Shown here: positions 12,716 to 25,235 of the stretch, piece by piece | How the letters are laid out: every line of letters begins with the position of its first letter | Numbering within the stretch: the first letter of the stretch is position 1 | Source: Mobula hypostoma | Taxonomy: Eukaryota | Direction of reading: 5' to 3' | Length of the DNA: 64,000 nt | Assembly (NCBI RefSeq): GCF_963921235.1 | Contig: NC_086097.1 | Coordinates: 189,784,001 to 189,848,000 of the forward strand | Translations under genes and position numbers: made by a program | Notes under the pieces: model-generated | Told to the model about the DNA's origin: nothing | Databases searched by the model: none | The model's input: the letters and a program-made list of their open reading frames with translations, nothing else

Positions 12716-13904
12716 CAGGGGTCCCCAACCTTTTTCGCACTGCGGACCAGTTTCATATTGACAATATTCTTGCGGACCGGCCGACTGGGGGGGTGGGGGG
12801 GGCGGGTAGGGTTGCCGACGAACAAGAGTAGCAGTCAAATACGTTGGGTTTACCCAAGAAAGACTACAATGACCATGAAACCTTGCGCGGGCACCAGTGT
12901 GCATGCGTGTACGTGCCAATTTTTTTCTACAAATCAGTTTTGGCAATTCTGTGGGGGGGGTATTAATCATAAACGCAATATAGGTGATAAGTGGCTAATA
13001 CACTCAATTTAGTTTCTAAAAGGGTTTATCTAACGAATTTAATATTAAACACACAGTGCATATTTTCCTCGCATGAATATAGCGATAAGTCAATTATCAG
13101 GGGAGCTTGTAGTAAGTGTTGAACGAACTTCCAGTAGAAGTGGTAGAGGCAGGTTCAATATTATCATTTAAAGAAAAATTGGATAGGTATATAGACAGGA
13201 AAGGAATGGAGGGTTACGGGCTGAGTGCAGGTCTGTGGGACTAGGTGAGAGTAGCGTTCGGCACGGACTAGAAGGGCAGAGATCGCCTGTTTCCGTGCTG
13301 TAATTGTTATGTGGTTATATAAGTCAATAGCATCATAACATTTTAAGTAATGTTTGGATATTAAACACACAGCACATATTTTCCCCGTATGAACATATAA
13401 AATCATTGCAACGCACCAATATCGCTGAATCAGTGGGAGCCCTGGGCTTGTTTCCCTGCAACAACACGGTCCTATTGAGGGGTGATGGGAGACAGTGATA
13501 CCTGAAGGGGGTTCCTTATGTCCAGTCTATTCCACAATTTAATTTTCGTTGCATTCATTGCAGAGATATGTTGGAAATGGAAGCAATGTTTTCAGTGCTT
13601 TCGTGGCTATCTCAGGATATTTAGCCTTGACTTTGATCCAGAATGCCGGCAGAGATGTTATGTCGAACATGCTTTTCAGCCCGCCGTCATTTGCAAGCTC
13701 GAGGAGTTGATCTCCTTCCCACGCTGACATGGATGACGCTCAGGTAATGATCTCGCGTGCGTTCAGTCTCAACAGTGGGCGTGACAGGGAATGAGGAAAG
13801 GTGCAGCTGACTCCTATCCCCAAATCATATCGTTTCCTCGCGGCCCAGTGCCACATGCTTTGCGGCCTGGTACCGGTCCGCGGCCTGGTGGTTGGGGACC
13901 GCTG
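12716..13904 (-). mobile_element. Non-autonomous hAT (Charlie-like) transposon
   Basis: TIRs CAGGGGTCCCCAACC and GGTTGGGGACCGCTG (14/15) with an exact 8-bp TSD GCTTAAAG (12708-12715 and 13905-13912). The minus strand keeps a hAT dimerisation-domain remnant, SLPAFWIKVKAKYPEIATKALKTLLPFPTYLC. Confidence 0.92.
13095..13318 (+). mobile_element. CR1 3' terminal fragment inside the hAT element
   Basis: CR1 ORF2 end and 3' UTR (NELPVEVVEAGSILSFKEKLDRYIDRKGMEGYG), flanked by a 10-bp duplication ATAAGTCAAT (13085-13094 and 13319-13328). Confidence 0.8.
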
Positions 13905-15380
13905 GCTTAAAGGTTACTGGAGAGCGCTTGTGCCGTGTTTTTGCCAACAGTGCTTGCATGAGATTTTCTGCCGACGGTGCTTGTGTGAGATTTTCAGTAT
14001 GGAGAACAGTGCAGTAATGATTGTGGAAAAGTATTTCTACTTTATATATGCTGTGTATTTATCACATCATTCCTGCTTTTACTATATGTTACTGTTGTTT
14101 TAGGTTTTATGTGTTATTTGGCATGATTTGCTAGGTTATTTTTGGGTCTGCGAACGCTCATAAAATTTTCCCATATAAATAAATGGTAATTGCTTTTTCG
14201 CTTTACGACATTTTGGCTTACGAACTGTTTCATAGGAACGCTCTACCTTCGGATGGCGGGGGAAACCTGTACTCCCAAGTCCCTCTGCAACAGCATTTCC
14301 AGCATCTGCAGAATTTCTTGTGTGTGAACTTTCATAGATCAACATTGCAAACAGCAATTTTCCCCATGAACGTTTCTTAGCAGAAACAAAGAATTGTCTA
14401 GATACACACAGACAAGGAAGTTAAGACCATTGTTATTTTCTTCTCACACTTCCAGAGGGGGTATCACATACAGGGTTTTTGTACTAAAAAGTCTGGATAT
14501 AAGCTCGATTTCCAACCGACATAAAATATCATCCAACACGATATCAAGAACCAATGTCTGAGGCTCTCTGCTGAAAATCTGAAACTAGTTCATCTTTAAT
14601 GGCATAGTTCCCACTCTGCTTTTCCAAGCTACGATTTACATTTTACAGGATTCAACTATGATTGTCTATTCTTCTGTTGTTTTCTGTTTCTCCCAATGAC
14701 GTGCAAAATAGTTGCTCTCTTTTAATTATTCTAATCAGAGTTAGTCCTTATAACTGTACTGAAAAAAATCCTTATTATTATATTCATTTCTTTCTAGTAA
14801 AGACCACGATGAAAGAATGCAAGATTAAATTCAATTCTGCTGTATTTTAACTCTAGCAGCTCACATTTTAGGAATCACACCAAATATTACAGCAGTTACC
14901 ATGACAATCGCAAGGCACTGTGACGTACAGAAGTGGAGCTTAGAAAATCTCTTTAATCCTTGCTAAGTACTAATTTTGAAGTGTTTATTAAGAACTTTTA
15001 AGAACATCAGCAAGCCGAACTACAAGTCCCTGAAGGGGTTAAATTTCTTTCTTTATTATTGTATCTGCTGCAGATGTGATAATTGACTCATGCAAAAAGT
15101 TTGCCACATTATGCCCCCTAAACACCAAAACAAATTTGCCACAAGGGAGGTCCAATACCAGCTGCAGAGCCCCTGATATAGTTAAGACGGGCTGTTACTG
15201 TGAACAGACAGAATAATTAAACCAATTAGGAGTAATTATAGTAAAGTAACAAACACTTTGGTAGTTAGATCCATTACAGCAAACGTTAATTTATTGGCTG
15301 TGCACGTCATCAAAAGGGTTAACTATGTTATATGCTTCCAGAGTACAGGTACTGTCTAAGCACTGCATGTACCAGAAGAC

Positions 15381-15454
15381 ACAGACAAGCAAACAGACAC
15401 TGAATGTAGGATTAACATCACAGACAAGCAGACACTGAATGTAGGATTAACATC
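15381..15454. repeat. Local tandem duplication (39 + 35 bp)
   Basis: ACAGACAAGC(AAAC)AGACACTGAATGTAGGATTAACATC occurs twice, head to tail. Confidence 0.9.
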
Positions 15455-17576
15455 CAGGTACAGGGAGGGAAAAAAAAATCTCTCTCCTCATTCTACCATC
15501 CATCTCTTCACCAGCCCTACTCTATAAAGGTTCCCCTCAAAAGCTCTGCAAACCAGCCTCGTCATCTGTTATAACTCCTTTCATGGTTTAGTCCAGGTTT
15601 TGTTTGCTAATACTCTTGAAGCACTTTGGGATACTCTACTCCATTAATAGTTGAAATTAACATATGGAACTTGAGGTAAATGTAATAGTTACCTTAGGGG
15701 TTAAACAAAATAAAATATTCTTCCTAATGTGCATCAGCCGATGTTTAAAGCAGACTCTGATGTAATTTCTGATGACCTTCATTTACTCACACTGCATTAT
15801 CCATTTGCTTAACAGCTATTTATTAAGTCACTCTGTACCACAATAATGGGCAAATTCCACTTGACTATTTAGATCAACAATAAAGGCATGTGTCGGATAA
15901 ACTCAAATTGTGTTGAAGTTCTTAAAGTGATTCTCCCCCATGATATATTCCACACAATGAAAGTGTAAATCTTTATAGATTAAAGTATTACACAAATTAT
16001 TTTTTTAAAACTGCTTCCTTTTTGTTCAAAAAAAGTCCCTCAAGTTGGTACAAGAAAGCTAGAGATTAGCTCACTGCAAACCACAGGTTAGCAATTCTTT
16101 CATATTGCAAAATAGTTTTCTGTGCTATGTGATGGAATTTTATCTATAAAAAATGCATATGAGAAGTATACTTCAGTAAGTTTAATCTCGAGCTCTTTAT
16201 GTATTCACTTCAAGAGGGATACTGTTGACTTGTGTACAATAATTTCAGTGAGCAACTTGTGTTGAGACATCAATTGTATAATTTCTTTCTGCTTGCAATC
16301 AGGAGCCCAAAGTTGTATGGACTACGCACATCAGAGCAACGCATAATTTGAGTTGAAGTGAGATCACAGCACCTCAGAAAGAGACTCCTGCTGATTATGT
16401 TAAGGCGACTGCTGACCAATGGGTAGGATTCTGGATTAAAACTGTACTCAAACTCCCACTCTGGATCAGAGTCTGATGAATTGGTATTCCCCTTTTCCAG
16501 AGGATTCTTCCTGACCTTGTGATCACTTGGACACATGTCAAACATCACTCACCATTCCACATCTCTACCAATACTTGATCACTGATGTCTACTTCAATCA
16601 ATACTGCCTTGTATTGTACAGCACATTTAAAACCTTACAGATGATAAAAGTGCACAATGTTAATGTGGGGCTCACCAACCTCCTCTAGTATTGCTTTATC
16701 ACACTTCTCCTAGTGCATTTTCTCACCCAATATGCTGATACTTGGCAGATTAAAATGTCACTGACTGGGATCATTTCCTGAACCTCCTGTGAGTCAGCAG
16801 AACTTTGCCATCTGCAGCAAGCAGCTGTAGGCTAATTACAACATTCAAATGACAACGTCCTAAATTATTATACTTCAGGTTGGTGGCAAGGTTATTTACT
16901 AATCCATTCACAGGATATGAAGATCGCTGGTAAGTTTATTATGTATTGCCCATTATAATTGTTCTTGAACTATACAGCTTGTTAGACTATTTTAGGCAAC
17001 AATATAGAGCCAAGTGCATTGCTGTTGGGGTGTATGAAGAAGGGGCTTGTCGCATCCATTCTGGGGCAGCTCACTCACTATTGGTCCCCATTGGACACAC
17101 AGTTCTCATCAAACATTGTATGTCTCCAGAATGCAAAACATGTATCTTGACATGTTTCACAGTTGCAACATCAGATGAAGGATGGTTTTCAACATGTGAG
17201 AGCAAGTCACAACTGCAATTTAAGTAAAGTTGAGAATAGCCTACAGCAAAAGAATTGTGGAGCTGTGCAAAGGCCTAATAGTATTTGAAGCATTAATATT
17301 GTAGCATCGGGCAAATTTGTTTGCCAAGGTTACTTAACGAATGACATGTTTTGTGAAACATCCCAGATGCCCATGCATGTTTACAGCATGTATCTCACCA
17401 TTCCACCTTCTGCTAGATGATACATTGTAGTCACGTCAAAGAGTTATCGACAGGTTTTCTACTTTTAACCCTGTGCTTCTCTTTTACTCTTTCAATATTT
17501 TATTAGTTTCTATATAGAAGAATACAGAGTACAAGAATGTATATATAAAGGTCAAAAAAAACTACCACTTACATTA

Positions 17577-20500
17577 AACAACACACACAAAATGCTGGTG
17601 GAATGCAGCAGGCCAGGCAGCATCTATAGGAAGAGGTACAGTCGACATTTCGGGCTGAGACCCTTTGTCAGAACTAACTGAAAGAAGAGGTATTAAGAGA
17701 TCTGGAAGTGGGAGGGGGAGGGGGGATCCGAAATGATAGGAGAAGACAGGAGAAGGAGGGATGGAGCTAAGAACTGGAAAGTTGATTGGCAAGAAGATAC
17801 AAGGCTGGAGAAGGGAGAGGATCATGGGACGGGAGGCCTAGGGAGAAAGAAAAGGGGAGAGGAGCATCAGAGGAAGATATAGTGAGAGGGGCTGAGGGAG
17901 AAAAAAGAGAAAGAAGGGGGAAATAAATAAATAAATTTATAAATAACAAATAAATAAACTATATATATAAGGGATGGGGTAAGACGGGGAGCGGGGCATT
18001 AGCGGAAGTTTGAGAAGTCAATGTTCATGCCATCAGATTGGAGGCTACCCAGACGGAATATAAGGTGTTGTTCCTCCAACCTCAGTGTGGCTTCATCGGG
18101 ACAGTAGAGGAGACCATGGATGGACATATCAGAATGGGAATGGGACGTGGAATTGAAATGTGTGGCCACTGGGAGATCCTGCTTTCTCTGGTGGACAGAG
18201 CGTAGATGTTCAGTGAAATGGTCTCCCAAATGCATTGGGACTCGCCAATATATAAAAGGCTGCACCGGGAGCACCAGATACAGTAAATAACACCAGCCGA
18301 CTCACAGGTGAAGTGTCGCCTCACCTGGAAGGACTGGACTGTCTGGGGCCCTGAATAGTGGTGAGGGAGGAAGTGTAAGGGCAGGTGTAACACTTAGACA
18401 ATAGATGCAGGAGCAGGCCATTCGACCCTTCGAGCCAGCACCGCCATTCACTGTGATCATGGCTGATCATCCACAATCAGTATCCAGTTCCTGGCTTATC
18501 CCCATAACCTTTGATTCCGCTATCTTTAAGAGCCCTATCCATCTCTTTCTTGAAAGCATCCAGAGACTTGGCCTCCACAGCCTTCTGGGGCATAGCATTC
18601 CATATATCCACCACTCTCTGGGTGAAAAAGTTTTTCCTCAACTCCGTTCTAAATGGCCTACCCCTAATTCTTAAACTGTGGCCTCTGGTTCTGGACTCAC
18701 CCATCAGCGGGAACATGCTTCCTGCCTCCAGCGTGTCCAATCGCTTAATAATCTTATATGTTTCAGTAAGATCCCCTCTTAGCCTTCTAAATTCCAGAGT
18801 ATACAAGCCCAGTTGCTCCAATCTTTCAACATATGACAGTCCCGCCATCCCGGGAATTAACCTTGTGAACCTATGCTGCACCCCCTCAATAGCAAGAATG
18901 TCCTTCCTCAAATTTGGAGACCAAAACTGCACACAGTACTCCAGGTGTGGTCTCACCAGGGCCCTGTACAACTGCAGAAGGACCTCTTTGCTCTTATACT
19001 CAATTCTCCTTGTTATGAAGGCCTGCATGCCATTAGCTTTCTTCACTGCCTGCTGAACTTGCATGCTTGCTTTCAGTAACTGATGTACAAGAACACCTAG
19101 ATCTCGTTGTACTTCCTCTTTTCCTAACTTGACTCCACTTAGATAATAATCTGCCTTCCTGTTCTTACCACCAAAGTGGATAACCTCAGATTTATCCACA
19201 TTAAACTGCATCTGCCATGCATCTGCCCACTCACCCAGCCTGTCCAAGTCACCCTGCATTCTCATAACATCCTCCTCACATTTTACACTGCCACCCAGCT
19301 TTGTGTCATCGGCAAATTTGCTAATGTTACTTTTAATTCCCTCAACTAAATCATTAATATATGTTGTAAACAGCTGTGGTCCCAGCACTGAACCCTGTGG
19401 TACCCCACTGGTCACCACCTGCCATTCCGAAAGGGAGCGGTTAATCGCTACTCTTTGTTTTCTGTCAGCCAGCCAATTTTCAATCCATGTTAGTACTCGG
19501 CCCCGAATACCACGTGCCCTAATTTTGCCCACTAATCTCCTATGTGGGACTTTATCAAAGGCTTTCTGAAAGTCCAGGTACACTACATCCACTGGCTCTC
19601 CCTTGTCCATTTTCGTAGTTACATCCTCAAAAAATTCCAGAAGCTTAGTCAAGCATGATTTCCCCTTCGTAAATCCATGCTGACCTTGACCGATCCTGTT
19701 ACTGCTATCCAGATGTGTCGTAATTTCATCTTTTATAATTGACTCCAGCATCTTTCCCACCACCGACGTCAGGCTAACCGATCTATAATTCCCTGTTTTC
19801 TCCCTTCCTCCCTTCTTGAAGAGAGGGACAACATTAGCCACCCTCCAATCCACAGGAGCTGATCCTGAATCTATAGAACATTAGAAAATGATTACCAATG
19901 CGTCCACAATTTCTAAAGCCACCTCCTTAAGTACCCTGGGATGCAGACCATAAGGTCCAGTGGACTTATCAGCCTTCAGACCCAAGAGTCTATCCAACAC
20001 CATTTCCTGCCTAATATAAATTTCCTTCAGTTCATCCATTACCCTAGGTCCTTTGGCCACTATTATATCTGGGAGATTGTTTGTGTCTTCCCTAGTGAAG
20101 ACAAATCCAAAGTACCTGTTCAACTCGTCTGCCACTTCCTTGTTCCCCATAATAAATTCACCTGTTTCTGTCTTCAAGGGCCCAGTTTTGGTCTTAACTA
20201 TTTTTTCCCTTTTCACATACCTAAAGAAGCTTTTACTATCCTCCTTTATATTCTTGGCTAGTTTACCTTTGTACCTCATTTTTTCTCCACGTATTGCCTT
20301 TTTAGTTGCCTTCTGTTGCTCTTTAAAAGTTTCCCAATCCTCCGGCTTCCCACTCGTCTTTGCTATGTTATACTTCTCTTCATTTTTATACTGTCCATTA
20401 CTTCCCTTGTCAGCCACGGCCTCCCCTTGGGATCTTTCTTCCTCTTTGGAATGAACTGAACCTGCACCTTCCGCATTATTCCCAGAAACACTTGCCATTG

Positions 20501-21092
20501 CTGTTCCACTGTCATCCCTGCTAGGGTATTGTTCCATTGAACTTTGGACAGCTCCTCCCTCATAGCACCATAGTTCCCCTTGTTCCACTTACAAAGATAA
20601 GTGCCGGGAGGGAGATCGATGGGAGGGGATTGACATTGACTTCTCTAACTTCCGTTAATGCCCCTCCTCCCCTTCTTACCCCATCCCTTATTTATTTATT
20701 TATTATTTTTAAATTTTTCCCCTTTCTTTCTCTTTTTTCTCCCTCTGTCCCTCTCACTGTATCTTCCTCTGATGCTCCCCTCCCCTTTTCTTTCTCCCTC
20801 AGCCTCCCGTCCTATGATCCTCTCCCTTCTCCAGCCTTGTATCTTCATGCCAATCAACTTTCCAGCTCTTAGCTCCATCTCCCCCCCCCCCGTCTTCTCC
20901 TATCATTTCGGATCTCCCCCTCCCCCTCTCACTTTCAAATCTCTTACTAGCTCATCCTTCAGTTAGTCCTGACGAAGGGTTGCAGCCCGAAATGTGGACT
21001 GTACCTCTTCCTATAGATGCTGCCTGGCCTGCTGTGTTCCACCAGCATTTTGTGTGTGTTGCTTTTCAGCATTACAGATTTCCTCGTGTTTG
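17577..21092 (-). mobile_element. Penelope-like element: GIY-YIG C-terminus on minus, flanked by inverted pLTR copies (about 17577-18025 - and 20631-21092 +)
   Basis: HFTCESAGVIYCIWCSRCSLLYIGES and GDHFTEHLRSV...VATHFNSTSHS...LRLEEQHLIFRLGSLQSDGMNIDFSNFR. CATTA is duplicated at 17572-17576 and 21093-21097 within the L1 3' UTR. Confidence 0.85.
18396..20580 (-). mobile_element. CR1 LINE, 5'-truncated, young, inserted in the PLE
   Basis: 458-aa uninterrupted RT ORF (18477-19853) with YLDFQKAFDKVPH, SGVPQGSVLGP and KFADDTK; CR1 3' UTR at about 18396-18476. Confidence 0.93.
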
Positions 21093-22011
21093 CATTACCA
21101 ATTACATGCTATCTATTCATAATATCAACCTCATTACCCCGTATTCATGTAGGTTAATCAAAGTTATATTGAAATGTACTAATTTATCACAAAAAAAGAG
21201 TCCAACTTCTACCAAGACCGAAGCTGTCCATTGAGAAAAAAAAAGGTAAAACACCTTCTCGTATAATAAAAATTAATAATAGCCAACATCTAAATTTAAA
21301 CAACGAATTGAGGGTTTTGAAAGTTTTGAAAATAATTCAGAAACGGTCCCCACAGTGTTTGAAAGTCTTGACGAGATTCAGAAATTGAACAACAAATCTT
21401 CTCTAAATCTAAGCATGACATAATGTTGCATAACCATTGAGTTTGAGTAGGAGGAGAAACATCTTTCCATTTAAACAAAAGCGCCCTCCTAGCTATAAGA
21501 GAACTAAAGGCCAATATATGTAAATCAGACTTCTTCAACTTGATATCTTGTCCTGCAACAATACCGAATAGGGCTGTCAGAGGATTAGACTTAAAATTGA
21601 CTTTGAAAAGTAAAGAAAAAGTTTGAAAAACTTCCTTCCAATATTTTTCAAGACATGGACAAGTCCAAAACTTATGAATGAATGAAGTTTCTTCTTCTTG
21701 GACCCTCACTTCCTTTATTTGTAAGTAAACTAACTGATAATATTTAACTATACTCTGAGGATCTGGATACAATTTAGAAAACATTTTGGTTGATTGAGAT
21801 TTTCCCTTTCTAGCCCCATTTATTCTATTTTTTTTAAACCCTCCATGATGGATTTAGTCTTTAAAGAATGGGACAGGTTGGGTATTAAATGTTTTTGGAA
21901 TCTGTTTGTTGGAGAAATCTTTTTTTCATTTGAGCAATTGTCAGCTAAATACAGCCTACGCAAAACTCACTTTTTAGATATCTACAAATCACAGACTTTC
22001 TAAGATCTCAA

Positions 22012-24729
22012 CTGGACCAGATGGTTTTACAGCAGAATTCTTTAAGTTTTTTTTCCTTCTATTCTTTTGTCCTGGTTGTCACGAGTTTTTAAAGAAGCAG
22101 TCAGGTTAGGTAAATTACCACAATCATTTTATGAAGCTTCTATTTCTTTAATTCTTAAAAAGAATAAAGACCCTACTGATTGTGCATCATATAGACGGAT
22201 ATCCCTGTTGAATGTAGATTCTAAGATTTTTTTCTAAAATATTAGCAACTAGGTTAGAGAAGGTATTACCTCAAATTATCTCTGTGGACCAGACTGGATT
22301 TATTAAAAATCATTATTCATCTTTTAATATTAGGAGATTAATGAAAATTATTTATACTCCATCACTTACTACTCCAGAATATGTTATTTCACTAGATGCT
22401 GAGAAACCTTTTGACAGAGTTGAATGGCCATATTTATTTACTGAGCTTGATAAATTTAATTTTAGTCTGATATCTTGGATTAAATTGATATATCATACCC
22501 CTGTAGTTTCGGTTTTTACTAATAATCAAAGATCTCCCTTCTTTTACTTATTTTGGGGTACTAGGCAGGGATGTCCTCTTAGTCCATTATTATTTGATAT
22601 TGCCCTTGAACCTTTAGCAATTGCTATTCGAGACTCACTTGACATTCTTGGTATTACCCGTATGAATGAAATACGTAAGTTATCATTATATGCAGACGAT
22701 TTGCTATTATATATTTCTAACCCTGAGAAATCCATTCCTGCTGTTTTATCCTTGTTGGCTCAATTTAGTAAGTTCTCTGGTTATAAATTGAACCTTAATA
22801 AGAGTGAACTATTTCCCCTAAATATGTAGGTTCCAGTTTATGGATGTTTACCATTTAAATTGGATACTGATTTCTTAGGGGTCAAAATTACTAAAAAGCA
22901 TAAGGATTTATTTAAGGCTAATTTTATACCTTTAATTGATCAGATTAAACATTTGTTTACTAAATGGTTACCAATGTCTCGATCATTGATAGGTCGAATC
23001 AATGCTACCAAGATGACTATTTTACCTAAACTCTTATATTTATTTCAAGCGGTGCCAGCTTTTATTCCAAAATCCCTCTTTGATAAGGTTGATTCCAAAA
23101 TTTCTTCATATATATGACAGAATAAAAATCCTAGGTTAGGTAAAAGATACTTACAGAAATCTAAAAATCTAAAAAGGTCTGGCATTGCCAAATTTTAGAT
23201 TTTACTATTGGGCCATTAATATTCGATATTTAAAATTTTGGTCATGGGACTTGGACATAACTTCAAGTCCACATTGGGTAAATCCTGAATGTAAATCTTT
23301 ACAAGGGTTTTCATTGGGTTCTATTTTAGGGACCTTGCTTCCCTTTTTTCTTTCTAAATTGCATAAACAAATGGTTAACCCAATAGTAAAATATACTTTA
23401 CGAATATGGTTTCAGTTTCGAAAATTTTTTGGGTTGAATCATTTTATTCTAGCAAGTCCTATTATATCTAATCCATTTTTTCAACACTCTATCATGGATC
23501 AAGCCTATCTGGCTTGGAAAACTAAAGGTATATTTAGATTTTGTGATCTATTTTTGGATAATTGTTTCATGTCTTTTGAACAATTATCTAATAAATATAA
23601 TTTGCCTAGATCCCATTTCTTTAGATATTTACAGATTAGAAATTTAAAAAATATTGTTCTTCCTACCTTCCCGAATTTATATTCAACGGATATTTTGGAA
23701 TAAATTTTAGGTTTAAATCCTTTTCAGAAATGTATAATAGCAAATATTTATAATATAATTATGAAAATATGCCCAGACATATCCAATAACGTTAAGATTG
23801 ATTGGGAAAGGGAACTTAAGATTACTTTACCCATTAAAAAATGGGAAAAAATTCTTCAATTAGTTAACTCATCCTCTACATCTGCTAAACATGCGTTGAT
23901 ACAGTTTCAAGTAGTGCATAGGGCTCATATGTCTAAGGATAAATTAACTCGTTATTACTCTCATATAAATCCTATATGTGATAGATGTCACTCCGAGACA
24001 GCTTCTTTAACTCATATGTTTTGGTCATGCCCTCTTTTAAAAAAAAATACTGGAAAGATATCTTTGATATTATTTCAACTGTTTTGAGTATCGATTTACA
24101 ACTCCACACTATTACTGCAATTCTTGGTTTACCAATGATAGAACCAAATCTTTTAACATCTTCAGCCTGTCGGATGATTGCATTTCTTACACTAATGGCC
24201 AGAAGATCTATTTTGCTGAATTGGAAAGAGATCAATCCCCCCAGTACATTTCATTGGTTCTCTCAAACTAAGTTTAAACTTAGAAAAAATTAGAAGTGTT
24301 ATTTATGATCCCTCTATTAAATTTGAAAAGACTTGGAAGCTATTTATTCAACACTTCCATATGACGTAATTTGACCTTTTCCAAACCTATTCCATTTCTT
24401 TTTAGTATATGTTGAGAGGAGCGGAGTCAACGACACTAATGGTTCCTTTTTTAAAGTTTCACAACAGCCCATGTCTTTTTTTTCTGTAGTTTTGTTGGTT
24501 AGTCTTGTAAGATTAGTTTTTTTTGGGGTCTATATTTTTCTTCTTTTTTCCTCTTTCATGTTATTTTGTTTATATATAATATTTGTATCTTGTATGATTG
24601 GGTTTAATACCCATGCGCTAAATGGGTTTATATTTATATATGATAATTACAACAATGTAATCCCAATAACTGTACAATCATTATGTTAATCTTTATCATT
24701 ATGATATTAATAAAAAGATTGAAAAAGAA
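22012..24729 (+). mobile_element. Second L1-clade LINE (L1-B), 5'-truncated at the RT, inserted into L1-A
   Basis: GPDGFTAEFFK, DQTGFIKN, SLDAEKPFDRVEW, GTRQGCPLSPLLF, LYADDLLLY and the zinc knuckle CDRCHSETASLTHMFWSC. T-rich 3' UTR, AATAAA and A-rich tail. Near-duplication AAGATCTCAA/AAGGTCTCAA (22002-22011 and 24730-24739). Confidence 0.9.
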
Positions 24730-25235
24730 AAGGTCTCAATTATGCACATTTCCGATAAGCTCAGATAAGAACTTACTAGACATAAATTTTAATTTGACAC
24801 CTTTTTAAAATGGTTCAATATCTAATATTTATGGTATGTTACTGGAGACGAGGAATGTTCCTTTAGACAAAATTAAGAATCTCTGGGAACAAGATTTACA
24901 GACATCAATATCTGAGGAAACTTGGAATGAAATTTTTAAACTGGTTAATAATTCATCACTATATGCTCGCCATTCCTTCACACAATTTAAAGTGGTGCAT
25001 AGAGTCCATATGACTAAAGATAAGCTATCTCGTTTTTATTCGGATATATCTCCCTACTGTGACAGATGCAGTAATGGAATGCTTCTCTTTTACTAACAGA
25101 GCTTACAGCTTTTCTTGTTAGTCTACACAAGGATATGGCTCAAGGAGTCCCTCATTACAATTAGATTACAATTTAGTGAAGCTTGTTCTCACAGTATAGG
25201 GAAGCCTGAGATCAGGGAAAGTTCATATCCCAGAC

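Larger units (their letters stand above)
11593..14269 (+). mobile_element. Tigger/pogo (Tc1/mariner) DNA transposon, internally deleted
   Basis: MVSEKPKRARKGVTLSVKLYIIKRFDRGERSKD (CENP-B/psq-type HTH, about 11846) is fused directly to the C-terminal EEVLAFHDQELIDEELMQ. Degenerate TIRs CACATGTTCCCCACTTTTCGAA and TTCGGATGGCGGGGGAAACCTG; TA at 14270-14271, with TG at the left end. Confidence 0.8.
9999..14294 (-). mobile_element. CR1 3' fragment in three pieces (9999-10608, 11495-11592, 14270-14290)
   Basis: Tail (TAAGACCA)n at about 9999. Minus ORF ...RGDLTETYRMLKGLDRVDVERMFP. The sequence resumes in register after the Rex1 and Tigger insertions (GAG-TA-CTCCCAAGTCCCTCTGCA). Confidence 0.85.
9437..14325. 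mobile_element. Penelope-like element: inverted pLTR (about 9437-9690, -), GIY-YIG C-terminus and pLTR (about 9690-9998, +), final bases at 14295-14325
   Basis: Peptide SHSHSDMSLCGPLYFHDQIALRLEEQHLVFYQVSLQPDSMNIDF matches the other PLE copies here. The terminal ATTTCCAGCATCTGCAGAA is split by the CR1 with ATTTCCA duplicated (9992-9998 and 14295-14301). Confidence 0.75.
17489..25079 (-). mobile_element. L1-clade LINE (L1-A), 5'-truncated and 5'-inverted, carrying three later insertions
   Basis: 15-bp TSD TGCTTCTCTTTTACT (17474-17488 and 25080-25094). The minus segment (to about 21690) has HKFWTCPCLEKYW, a 3' UTR and AATAAA. The inverted plus segment (about 21690-22011 and 24740-25079) ends at SPYCDRCSNG. 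Confidence 0.88.

Noticed and set aside
12785..12812. G-quadruplex-like G-runs (also the C-runs at 45465-45500)
   Set aside because: They are internal low-complexity parts of the hAT and PLE elements, with no evidence of independent function.
15381..15454. Direct repeats as a CRISPR-like array
   Set aside because: Only two adjacent copies, no spacer, and a eukaryotic locus.
16270..16548. 92-aa minus ORF in unique DNA
   Set aside because: No recognisable domain and no convincing splice-site pair.
18477..19853. 458-aa reverse transcriptase ORF as a domesticated gene or a retron/DGR-like system
   Set aside because: It is an ordinary 5'-truncated CR1 ORF2 with a CR1 3' UTR and an upstream frameshift, in a eukaryotic repeat context.
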